Assembly (NCBI GenBank): GCA_013265495.1
Contig: MU057744.1
Span: 870,001-934,000 of the forward strand
DNA from: Vicugna vicugna
Lineage: Eukaryota
Direction: 5' to 3'
DNA: 64,000 bases
Part shown: one piece after another, positions 25,434 to 37,089 of the stretch
Layout of the letters: every line of letters begins with the position of its first letter
Position numbering within the stretch: position 1 is the stretch's first letter
The notes under the pieces: generated by a model
What the model saw: only the letters and a program-made list of their open reading frames with translations
Database searches by the model: none
Told to the model about the DNA's origin: nothing
Program-made: the position numbers and the translations under genes

Positions 25434-27298
25434 CTAAAAAAAAAAAATCACAGACACAAAGAGAATTGGGTTAAAATGTTCAAAGGGTCATTTATAAATA
25501 AGAATAAATTAAGTCTATGAGATATTTCTTATGACAGATGCAGGAGTATCTTTAGAAATGTCCACTGCTTCATGTAAAGTGGAAAAATAGGCCTAAGGTT
25601 CTAGACAGTAAAGCCCGAAAGTGACTGACGTAATTCTGGGAGAATGTTCTTACGAACGATATTCTGACTAGTAAAATTCTGGAGAAAACTTTCAGTCGAA
25701 ATGTAACCTAAATCTTACTCACTAGAAGGCTTAAATACCCACAGGCATGGGGGGAAACGAGATTAAATTTGCTTTTGATGATGACACCACAGCACTGTTT
25801 AGAACTTCCAAAAAGTAGTGAATTATGATACAAAAATAAAATTCTTCGTTATTCCATTTTTCCTGAACCGGTCAAACTAGGTGTCTTTCTGAATTGTCTA
25901 AAACTACTAAGTTTCAAGGGCTAATTAAAAAGTTCCCTCATTTTCAGGACAATCCCTCAGAACAGTGAAGACCAGAATCCGACGGGCCTGACTTAACTCG
26001 CGCACTAATGCTGAGAACAGTCTCTAGTGCAATACTACTCGTCTGAGTGGGAAAAACATGCAGTCAATAAAGACAGCAGTTACACACTTCCTAAGGGCAT
26101 ATCCGTATCTCACTTTAACTGCGAAAAGCAAGGCCTGACCACAAATACTCGACACACAGGTGAGCTGAACAAGGAGTCCAGGGCATGAGCTGGGTGGTGG
26201 GGACTCACTTTGCCTCCTGAGAGTCTTCACCTTTTCTGTAACACAACACACACATCTTCCTACAGATTCATTCACTCAACAGCCTGTCACTGAGCATCAC
26301 TCATCATTATCTCACTTGTGTATCCAAGAAGCCCCAGCCGCTGACAGGGTAAGCCTAGCTCACAAGGGCCTCAGCAACCTGGCCTCTGCTCATCTTCCGA
26401 TGTAAACCACCCCGATATGAAATGAAGTCTTTCCTACTGCTGACAGAGTCTCCCCAAACACGCCTCGTTTTTCCTTTCTCAACCCCTTGGCCCATGCTGT
26501 GTCATCCAAATAGAACATGCTACCTACCCAACTCTACTGGCCTAAATCTGCCCCAGGATTCAAGTTCATCTCAAGTGCCACCTCCTCCAGTAAGCCTGCC
26601 CAGATCTCCCCAGGGAGACAGGATCTGTTCCACCTCTAAAGAGCGATGCCACGTCCTGGCTGTACAACGTGCAGAGCACTTCTTTATCACAGTTCACACA
26701 CAGTGCTTGTCATTCCTGCTGTGTGTTGGCAGCTCCTGGAGGGGAGGCATGTTTCACACACCTTTCCGCCCTGTCCAGTGCCCACCACAGTGCCCTAGCG
26801 CACAGATAAGTAAACATCCATCTGACACAGTTATTTTGGCTATTTTGAGGGACATTATGACCAGTATTCATTTAGTGACCTGCAGTAACCAACTGCTGAT
26901 AAATTACTATTCATCAGATTGTTACAATGATAACTGAGGTTTAAATTTCAAAGTCAATAAGAAAATTAAAAAGTCACAAGACGAATCATCTGATAAAACT
27001 ATTTTAACTTCTATTTCTTTAAAACATATTCAAGTAGCTCATAATGACCAGAAAATGGGGGACATGGACTGTGATCCTGTGTCTATACTAAACATAGAGG
27101 TAAAATGGTCTTTATACCTTTTTTTTAATATAGGATAAGTTTAAATTATAAAAAACTCATGTCACCATTCATTGGTAGCTATTTTGTGAAAAAAAAAACA
27201 GAATAAACAATTTTAATTAGAGGAAAAATCAAATTCTGATAAATAAAAATTTTTCTCTACATCTGTGAAGCAAACCCAAAATCAAAGTTTTAACTCAC

Positions 27299-27310
27299 CA
27301 TCATCTTTTC
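27299..27310 (-). CDS. ERO1B: ERO1B exon 9, 12-nt microexon (G-KDD-G)
   Basis: ttttctctttcAG|GAAAAGATGATG|GTGAGT on -; required for the 467-aa length. Confidence 0.9.
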
Positions 27311-29261
27311 CTGAAAGAGAAAACAATAGACAGGATTTCAGAAAATGTCTTACACAGTTCAGATTCCAATCCTATTTATTTTAATACGAGATTAAAACTT
27401 ACTGCGTGTTAAACTAACAATTATACCATCAACTTCGGTCAGTGTGTAGCCATCCTGCAAACGAGACTTCTTAATAAGCATACAGGCCAAAGAGAACAAC
27501 ATTTTCACACTTTATACGGTAAGCAGTGTCAGACGGCAACTAGAAATAACTGTGAAGAGCACCAGTTTTAACAATTAACTGACAAATACATAAAGTCACC
27601 CCTTTACTCATTATGCACACGACTCTCTCTCAACACGTGTTTCCATTCTGGGATACCCTTCCTTGCCAGGTGACTGCTCCTCAGCACATATGAACCTTCA
27701 TAAAAGCACCTCCCAAACCGTGGCCAGGGAAGCCGTCCCCGCAGGTGCCACAGGCTGCCCCGGCGTGCGAGGACGCAGGCGGCCGGGCTTCAGGACTCAC
27801 AGCCACGTTGCCTGCCTCAGCTCTGGATGTGGGACTCAGACACAGGTTTCATTTCTGGGAAAACGTTCTGCTGCACAAAAGCTGCTGGAAAGTGGGCTGT
27901 GGGAGTCTAGCTGCCAGGGCTCAGGACAGTGTGGAACACCGTTAGGGAGGCTAGATAGCTGCTGGCCAACAGGAGCACCTTCGGGGGAGAAAGCAAATGA
28001 GCTGCTCTCGGGTGCCTGCCTTCCACCCAGGGCCCACTCTCCCCTCAACTCTGCGCTCCCTCTCGACATCGCTGCCTCTTCTCGCCCCTCCGTCTTTCTC
28101 TGTACACGCTGTCCTTCCTCTCCTCACCTTTCCAGCAGTCTTGTGTCTCCAGTTTATCATATGGAAGTGAAGGAGTCCTTAGGACTTGATGCTTTTATGA
28201 AATGAACAATTATATCTTCTGCTTTAAAAGCAGGTGATCATAGGAAAGGTCTGGAAGAATGCCTTCCAAACTCTGCTACAGAAAAGAAAAAGTGTGTGGA
28301 GGCAGGTGGGCGGGGGGTCCCCTTTCCACTTTGTGTCACTTTTTTGTATTGTTTCAGTTTTTAGAAAATCTTACAGAGTAAAAACATTTAAGTTGAAAAC
28401 AGTAAAGCTATGAGGGAAAAGCAATAAAAGAGACAAAGGGTGAGAAGCCACGCACACCTTCTTCATACTCCGGTGACCTTGTCCGCACGTGGGGAGACCA
28501 CGGGTCCCTGTGCCACAGAGCACACCTACGGGAGGCCCACTCATCCAACCCTCCTGCGTCTCTCTGCTTCCGAGAAACGCCTAGCGAGAGGGATCTAGAC
28601 CGGGAAATTCGAGTTCCTAAATCAATCCTGGTCTAAAGCAAGCATCAGGATGGCCCGTCAGTCCCAGGGCTGCACCCAGCTTGGCTCCTCGTTCACAACA
28701 GACTCAGGATATGCCTAATAACTCTGTACTGGAGAACCTCGAGCCGTCTGCGACAACGCCGGCCACGTATGTAATTAAAAGCTGTTCTCTAATCAGGTGT
28801 TTCCTAATACCCACACTGGAAAAGCAGAAGGTACACCCTGTTCTCCAGGACCTCAACAGTGTGCTCTGTGACGCACGAAGTGAAGCAGCTCCACCAAAAC
28901 AGCAGAATTCTGTTTAACGGCAAAGACACTTCAGACTGCTGCGGTTTTCGAATTTACATGAACTAAAAGTAAGTAAAATGTAAAACTGAGTTTCTTGCTA
29001 GCCACATTTCACGTGCTCAACAGCCTTATGTGGCAAGTGGCCACCCCCTGCTTGGCGAGTGCTCTGGGCAACCAGACTTTCTGCTTCTCCTCTACACCCT
29101 GATGACTCAAGGCGTGGTGCCTGGATCAGCGTCCTGGGCCACCGCCTGGGAGCCTGTCGGAGCCCTGGGCTGCACACAAGACCCAGGGTGAGAACCTGTA
29201 TTCCAGCGAGGCTCCTCGGTGGTCCGTGCGTGCGCTGAAGTCTGAGGAGCACGCTGTGAGC

Positions 29262-29405
29262 CACCGGTTCTCAAACCTGGCTGCATACTGGAGTGCTTTG
29301 GAGAGTGTAAAAGCTGCCAGAGCCTGGGTCCTCATTCCACAGATTCTGACAACTGCGCTAAGACAGGGCCCGGACATCCGGACTTTTAAGAGTTCCCCAG
29401 GAAAC
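29262..29405. mobile_element. MER5-like hAT MITE relic
   Basis: ggttctcaaacctggctgcatactggag...gagttccccagg pattern. Confidence 0.55.
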
Positions 29406-29687
29406 CTCAGATATACATGGATTGCTCGTATGCCCTATTTTACACAAAGCTCTTAGTTCAGGGCCTGGCACATATCACGCAGTCAGTAAATGACAGTAAT
29501 TCTATAAAACAGGTGGGAGTCTTGAGACTTACCCAAGTACTAATCTTACACTGTTCGTTCACATTAAGCAAAAATATAAAACAATTGAAATTTTTCTCAG
29601 TATAAAGTCTAGTTACAAAGATATCTTGTAAAAGCATGAAAATGCTTTTAAAACTTCTAAAAGCATGAAAATGTACGAAAAACCCAC

Positions 29688-29734
29688 CTCGGCCGGGTGC
29701 CAGGGGATTTAAAGGACGATAAACAGATCGAGGC
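29688..29734 (-). CDS. ERO1B: ERO1B exon 8 (K-PRSVYRPLNPLAPGR)
   Basis: 47 nt, AG/GTGGGT boundaries. Confidence 0.96.
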
Positions 29735-29859
29735 CTGGAAGAGAGAGCATAAAGCTCAAACACGAAATGGTTTGACAGTTTGATGTAATTATCCTGACAG
29801 CGGCAGGCCCCCACCCCCCGTCAGCCGCGCCCCAGCCCCGCCCCCGCCACCCCGGTTAC

Positions 29860-29980
29860 TTGAAGCAGTTTTCCTCGTAGATGCTGTTCCACACTCGCCA
29901 CGCCGAGGGCCCCTTGTAGCCAGTGTAACGCTCCGGGTTCAGCAGCAGGTCTACATACTGGGCAGCTGGAGATCTCTCAT
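29860..29980 (-). CDS. ERO1B: ERO1B exon 7 ([41 protein letters not shown])
   Basis: 121 nt, AG/GTAACC boundaries; conserved NPERYTGY and IYEENCF motifs. Confidence 0.98.
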
Positions 29981-30050
29981 CTGGACCAGAAATGATTCAC
30001 AAAACCATCCATATTTCACCATTTTGCTAGACTGTCACATTACAAAGCAA

Positions 30051-30317
30051 GGGGGCAGGGTGCAGCTCAGTGGGAGATACACAAGGTCTTGGGTTCAATC
30101 CCCAGCACCTCCTCTAAAAATAAATAAATAAGCCTAATTACCTCTCCCCAATAAAAGCACAAAAAATAACGTAACTAATGGTTAAAAAGAGTATGAAAAC
30201 AAATATATGTGTGTTCCTATATGACTGAAGTATTGTGCTGTACACAAGAAATTGACATAACTTTGTAGACTGACTATACTTCAATAAATATATTTTTTAA
30301 ATAATAAAATAAAATAA
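30051..30317 (+). mobile_element. tRNA-derived SINE (Vic-1-like) followed by an L1-like 3' tail, flanked by one TSD
   Basis: A box cagctcagtgg, B box gggttcaatcccc, then aaattgacataactttgtagactgactatacttcaataaa; TSD att(a/c)caaagcaa at 30039-30050 and 30318-30329. Confidence 0.8.
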
Positions 30318-32189
30318 ATTCCAAAGCAAAGAGGACTACCCAAAAGTTAGACAAACGCTACGCTTTCAAGTAGTCTCCAACTTAAACGGCAGAGTGGTTA
30401 GCACACTTGTGACAGCACTTGACCGAGGAGTCATCATAACTTGAACTTGAGAGAGGAAAATAACTCCTTCCTTTCCTCTGGGTGCTCAACGCTCTCTGAA
30501 GTAAAGTAACACGCCTCACCTTATCAGAGGCAGGAGTCAGTTCTTAAGGTTTACCCATCAGGGCTGAACAGACCCAACAGAGTCATAACCCATTTTAACA
30601 TTTCATGTGATTGCCCCCATGTATATTCCTTCCTAAACACATGCTTGAAACATTCATTCTGTTCGCACATGTTGTATTTAAAAAAGGGATTTCCCTGCTA
30701 CTCCCTTCTTGGGCTTAGGAAGCAAATGGTGCAGTAACTTTGTGATTCAAATTTATCACTCAGAGTCACACAATGTTCTAGTAAAACAAAAATGCGCGGT
30801 ATTAACTTTTTACCAATGTTAATATGTTGGTTAACATACTAACTGGTTAACATGCTGGTTAGCAGCACAACTTCAAGAGCTTAACACACTGAAAATTAAA
30901 TAACCATTTTCCACGTTGAACCAAGTGAGTATTTACTAGATCTGCACTATTTGGGCAACATTTTGATAGAACCTCTCTGGGGGATACAAAACATAAAGAA
31001 AAATGGTTTTAAATATTGAGGCTCTTGGTCTGGGAAGAAAAGGGAAGCACATGCTTTCTTACCACAGGAAAATGATGATGACTCTGTCACAGTCGGTGTG
31101 CTAATAATACACGTCATGGAAGTGCTATGCGTGTTGGCACGGATGTGTTCTTTTACTTATATGCTTCCTACTTTTTGGTGTCGTGATATTAAATCAATGG
31201 TATACAGACACCTGGCTTGAAACAGGGGCCAAAAATGGTCATTAAGACACGGTCCCTCTTGTGTCCATTATCTGTCATTATCACTCCAATATGACTCCAT
31301 TATCTGTCAGTCACAAGTATTCACTGGCCACTCAGTGACCATAAACTGGGATTATCCATCATAACGGTCCATGCCTTCCAAGACCTACCTGTACTCTCAC
31401 GACGGAGGGAGAGCACAAGGGTAATCCCAGCTTACGACTCCTAAGTGCGCTGCAGCTAACAGACAATGGAAACGCGGTTCTGAAGACTGCTGGCTCTACT
31501 TCTAGCACTAACGTTATTCGTCTGCCCCAACAGAAGGCACAAAAAGCAGTTCGCAGATGGATGAGCAGGAACTGTCCAAGGACATCACTAAGTCTTGATC
31601 AATAAACTTAATTTAAAAAATCTTACTTGAAAAACAAAAATTCAAATCATTTAGGAAAGGAGGAATTTTGTAGACACAAACGTTTTGCAATTCACTAATT
31701 TCTGTTATACTTTAGATTTCTTTGAGCTGTTCTTGATGAAGTTCACTCGCAAAACTGATTCAGTTATGTGTATAAGCTTTAGAAATATTAATCATATAAT
31801 AAATATGTACGCATTGACAGACACACGTATGTACACACGCATAAAGAGTGTGTGTGCATGCACATAGGCCTACACTTAGGTGCTGCCATCTGTGAATGTG
31901 CAAAAGCAGTAAGTATCAACCTCGTCACCCAATTAAACCAACTAAATAACCAACAAAGGGGGAAAAAAAAAACTTGAATTCAGATATTAAAGTATATGGA
32001 TTCAAAATACACTTAAGGGAGTGGAAAGTCATACGAGTAAAATCAATTATATCAGTTTGCAAATTACTTTCATAAGTAAAACTTACTTTCCTAATGTTCT
32101 TAATGTGTATTTCATTAACTCAATCAAAAATTTAAAAAACTGCAATACTTTTTCAAATCATGAGAAAGGTGGGTTTTGTTAACTTACAG

Positions 32190-32402
32190 AAGGGGTTAGC
32201 AAGCCATGGCCCACAGGACCATGGTCTGCTGTGTATTTGTTAATAAAGTGTTGTGGAACAAAACACAGGGTCATTTGCTCATATACTGTTTTCACACTAT
32301 TAAGGCAGAGCTTGGTAGCTGCAACAGAGGCCATAAGGTTCACAAAGCCTAAAATATTTACTATCTGCCCACTAAGAGAAGGAAAGGTTTTTCAACCCCT
32401 GA
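32190..32402. mobile_element. MER58-like hAT MITE
   Basis: aggggtt...aacccct termini; aaagcctaaaatatttactatctg core. Confidence 0.7.
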
Positions 32403-33204
32403 CCCACACTGACAAGAACGTCACAACATCCGGAGTGAGGAAGGCACGTGGGAGAAAGCACGCACAGGTGGGGCTCCCTACAGCACACCCCTCCTCACTC
32501 CTGGGCCACCTGGGACACCGTGTTAATTTGTCCCTAACTGTAACTTCTTCCCACTGTACAGCTGTGTCGTTCATGCAGATAATTCTCTTGGATCCCTACT
32601 AAGTGCTCCCTAAGTCTTCTCTTCCTCCCTCTCCAAACCTGCTCCAAAGCTCTTCTTTCTTTTTGACCATGCCAACCATTACCTAAGGATTCAAAGAATT
32701 TCCACTGAATCCAAATACCTACTTCTGGGAATCCATCAGCTTGAACTGATGTCTCTCCCTCCTCAAGTGTATCTTTTCCCCCAGGTGAACGTTGTTCTCC
32801 CCGTCCTGATTTAGCTCTCGCGCACGGGGCCAGGCTGCGTTCCCTAGGACGCCGGGCACGCTTCCCGCCTCCTCACCCACCTGTCTCCTAAAGCAGCGGT
32901 TGCGTAGGCCAACTCAGCGTGCAGGCTTCTTGATTAGACCAAAACTACCCGTTACGGGCTCAGGACCAAGCCTACAGTTCTCCACCTCCACCTCTACCCC
33001 TAATTGCCACTAACTTACTATTAAAACATAATTTCCTCAGTCAAGGAGAATCTATAGTTCATAAAGTATCCAAGTAATTTTGATACACAGCCAGATTTAG
33101 AAACTACAGTTTAAAACAGTATTTTTAATGTAACAATGGACATGTTTTAAGGGGGAAAAATAAAAATAAAAAAATAAAACTGCTTAGGTTACTAATAAAC
33201 CAAC

Positions 33205-33515
33205 TACTTCATCCAGCAAGTATTTCTTGAGCATGTGCCGTGTAGGGCCTGTGATCTAGGCACTAGGGATCCAGTCGTGAACAAAGAGACAGGTACTTGC
33301 CCTCAAGTAGCTCACCATCTAGCTGACGACACAGCAAACAGAGAAGCTAGCCAGTACACTCACACGCAGTTCTTGGTGCTTGGGGAGCAGCCGCAGCGCA
33401 GAGACAGCGGCAGAGGTTATTGCCATTTTACAGGGGAGGTGCAAGCAGGCTTCTCTCATGAGGTGACATTTGAGCAGAAACCGGAAGCAAAGGAAGCAGC
33501 CAGCCAGGCATGAAG
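33205..33515 (+). mobile_element. L2 fragment
   Basis: catccagcaagtatttcttgagc...gaggtgacatttgagcaga, L2 3'-region pattern; orientation not firmly assigned. Confidence 0.6.
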
Positions 33516-34929
33516 ACAATAACAAACAAACAAAAAGAGAGGGAGAGCAGCTTACCTGAAACTGCTAAATTATTAAAACACCTACTATTTGATCTATAGG
33601 GATCACGTTCCTTTCAAATACAGACAAAACCAAAACCAGAAAAACAGCAGAGAGCAGGGGTGTACGGATATATTCCAATAAACTGGGGTGAATATTTAGA
33701 TTTTGTTCTAATCCAATGATTTTAGATGACCGAAATAACTAAACCATGACTCTAAAGCAACTCTGACAGCATTTTAAAAACTATCGGTGTGAATCATTGG
33801 GGCACAAGTGAACGCTGCCACCCAGAAGAGCAGTGGTAATCCAGCTAGTAGTATGACTTCAGGTATTTAGGAACCACATAAAATATAAAACCTATTGGTT
33901 AATTATGCTAAAATCTTAAAGGATGATTTTATGTAAATTATATAGATGTCTCACAGGACATCTCTTCCAGTTTCACAATTTAAGAAGCTAGTATTAAAAA
34001 ATTAACACTATTTATATTGCTGACAGGCAATTGAGCACATCAGTCTAACCACAGCAAGTAATCCCTGTAATTGAGTAGCATTTTTTGTTCAATAAGCACG
34101 ACCAAGTGTTTCATTTTAATCAAAGAATAATTAAAGTGAGAAAGAAGTGACTATGAGGGTTAAACACTCAAATACAATTAGAATGAAAACCAAAGCACAG
34201 ATGAAAGAGGAAGCAGCGAGGTGAGCGCCTAACCTAGAACACCGGCGGGCCCCAATAAAACCTCTGCCAATTCTAAATATCATAATAGGGGTATTTTGTT
34301 AAATGCCATTATGTCTAGATACCCCCAAAATCTTTGCTCAGATCCAACAGTTTCCTTGCTGACACCACATAAACCATGGTAATAATGTTCCGTCTCCCAG
34401 CAGCTTCTCAATTCACCACACTCTGGTAGAGGCTCCCGGTAACCCCCTCCATCACAGACCCGATTCACAGCACAACGCTGCAGGTGAATCTTTAAAAAGT
34501 CTTTAGAAAGCAGTGTGACCACCAGATGCTTCACAAGTTCAGGAGCACTTCTGCTATTTCTAAGTCTGCGGGCTTGAACCTCGAATTCTTTTCCACCACC
34601 AAAAATATAACAATGCCAATGTAAAGGTGACGAGAGGCCAAATGAATGACTTCAGCCTACTCAGCACAGTTACTGGGGCTCCTCTCCTAGACACGGTATT
34701 TTGAGTCACGTCAATTCTCCTCTGTTAGAAGCAGCGGCAGTCACTGCTGAACGTGCGCTTTGTTCCACACCAGGGCACTTGTGGAAAGAGGGCTGTCGGG
34801 AAGTCAAACTGGAGTTCACCCCAGTGTCCGTGTCTTTATGTCAGTTTGTTGAGACCTCCAACTACAGAATATTTCTATACTATGTTCACGGACCTGTATC
34901 TAACTAAGTGGTGTGAACTGGAGGCCTAT

Positions 34930-35170
34930 CGGAGGTGGGGTGTCATAACAGAAAGAAGACAGGTTTGGGATTCAGTCAGATCTGGGACTGAATCCTGTCT
35001 CAGCCTCTTGCCACTGTGTGATCGTGGGCAAGTTAACTCGTCTTTCTGAGAGTGAGTTTCCTCAGATATAAAGTAATACACACCTATTATCAGGGTAGCT
35101 GTGAAGCCCAGAAGTCATGTATTTAAGGCGCTCGGCAAAAGGCCTGAGACACAGGCTCTCGATTAGCGCC
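34930..35170 (+). mobile_element. MIR SINE
   Basis: ctgtgtgatcgtgggcaagttaactcgtctttctgagagtgagtttcctcagatataaa core. Confidence 0.7.
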
Positions 35171-35225
35171 ACTATGGAAAAGAAGGTCCACACACAACCC
35201 CCGGCATATTAAAGCTACAACTCTG

Positions 35226-35263
35226 AAAAACAAAAAACAAAAAACAAAAACAAAAACAAAAAA
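35226..35263 (+). repeat. (CAAAAA/CAAAAAA)n simple repeat
   Basis: aaaaacaaaaaacaaaaaacaaaaacaaaaacaaaaaa. Confidence 0.9.
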
Positions 35264-35341
35264 CTCTGTACTGTCACTGATTTAAGTGTCTTCAAAGGGT
35301 TCGAGTTAAAATAATGTAATTACAATAGTTTATTTTATTAC

Positions 35342-35415
35342 CGTCAAGTTCACAAAAGTGATCCTGTGAATCATCGTATCTTGCCCAGTCAATGAAAGCT
35401 TCTTTGCTTTGATTA
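35342..35415 (-). CDS. ERO1B: ERO1B exon 6 ([25 protein letters not shown])
   Basis: 74 nt, AG/GTAATA boundaries. Confidence 0.97.
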
Positions 35416-37089
35416 CTATGGGAAGGAGGAATAAAAAAGAAAAACGATTAAACTTGGAGTTGAAAACTGTAACACTGTATTCTATTGTAATTAAAAACAG
35501 ATAATCTGAGATTACTTCTTTACTAACTAGATGGTGTCACAAATTCAGTTAGTGGTCTCATGAAGGAATGATGAATACAAGTTACATGAAAGACACAGGT
35601 ACTCATTTCCACGAGGGACACATTTCTTAATGGTATTAAAATTATTTTAGCCCTAGTTCAGTGATAATTACTTTGGCCAGAAAATTAACTTGCAAATATA
35701 TATATACACACACACACACTATGAAGTTAAAGAGAAAATTCAAGCTGGTCTTTTCAAGGTTGACTCAGAAATTGTAGTAAATACGTATTATTTTTTTCTA
35801 AAGTAGGAATTAAATTTACTTTCAACAATTCTTTTAATTTAAATTGCTTCTGTACTGACAGGGCCCAGAACACTAAAACCTGCACTGCTAGCCTCCTCCA
35901 CCCAGTGTGGGACTCCCTCGTAACACCGACGTCACTTCCATCGTGGCTTATCATTCATTTCAGACCTTACCTCCCATTTAACAAAATCTACGATCAAGAT
36001 TGCTGACTCACAGAACTGATAAGGAGCAAATACATTCATTCAAGTTAACTTTGACCTATATTCACTTTAACTTACATTCAGATCTTCTCTGCCTTAAATA
36101 CATGATGGCAGCATCCATGAGAGAAATATTACCCTTCTTTAGTCACGACACAAAAGGAAAAAAAAAAAGGTAAACAAAATTGTGAACCAAGGATAAATCA
36201 GGTATTCCTAGCTGTGGCACTGTCACAGCTAGTAATTATTTTGTACCTGAGAACGCCACACGGCACCACACTGTGAGCAGTACAGGAGGCTGGCAGCACT
36301 ACAAATTTATCGATAAAAAAATTTCCAATTCAACTACCATGGGATTTTTTTCTCCTATAGGGATATATAATTAATTTAAAATAACAGTTAATGGAAACTT
36401 TTATATCAAAGGTGGCTCAGTTGATACATATGTTGCCATAAAACAAGAACGCCTAAGTTCTAGTTATAACTAAAATCACAGCTATGGTTATGTTTAATCA
36501 GGTACATCTTCTGTTGAAAATAGTAAAGAACAAAGCAATTTTGACATGAATTCCTATTTCCTTGTCAGCAGTGCGACTAACTTAGGGGAACTTTTAGCAC
36601 CCTCATTTGATGAGGTTTTCCCGACTGTTTCACCTAACCCTTGCCCAAAGCCACGGGAGCAGAAAAGACACGGCACGCTAGCCTAACGCTAACAAAGCGG
36701 GCCCAGTGGGGTTTACAGACGAGTTAGAAGGAATCTTAGACGTCATCTAGTTCACCTTTTCTAAAAGTCTGTTCGAAGGTGGACACCACGGGACTTAAGA
36801 ACTTCTTGGGCTTCACCCAGGGCTTCCTATCAAGACGGTGCTGTGAGTTAAAGTCTAGTCCGTGAAGCAGGGGAAGCCGCGGTGGAAGCAGGGCATGAGA
36901 AAACCTCTGGGACAGTAGACGTGACTGTGCTGACTGTGCTGTGTTCAGGTCAAAACACCAGGCTGTGCATTTGGAACTGGTGCAGCATATCGTTATGTCA
37001 GCCACAAGTGTCACGGTCACCAGTGACACTACGGGCTGTCAGGGGAGCTGTTGGGGGAGGAACCTCTGCATGCTACTGACTAGCGGCAG

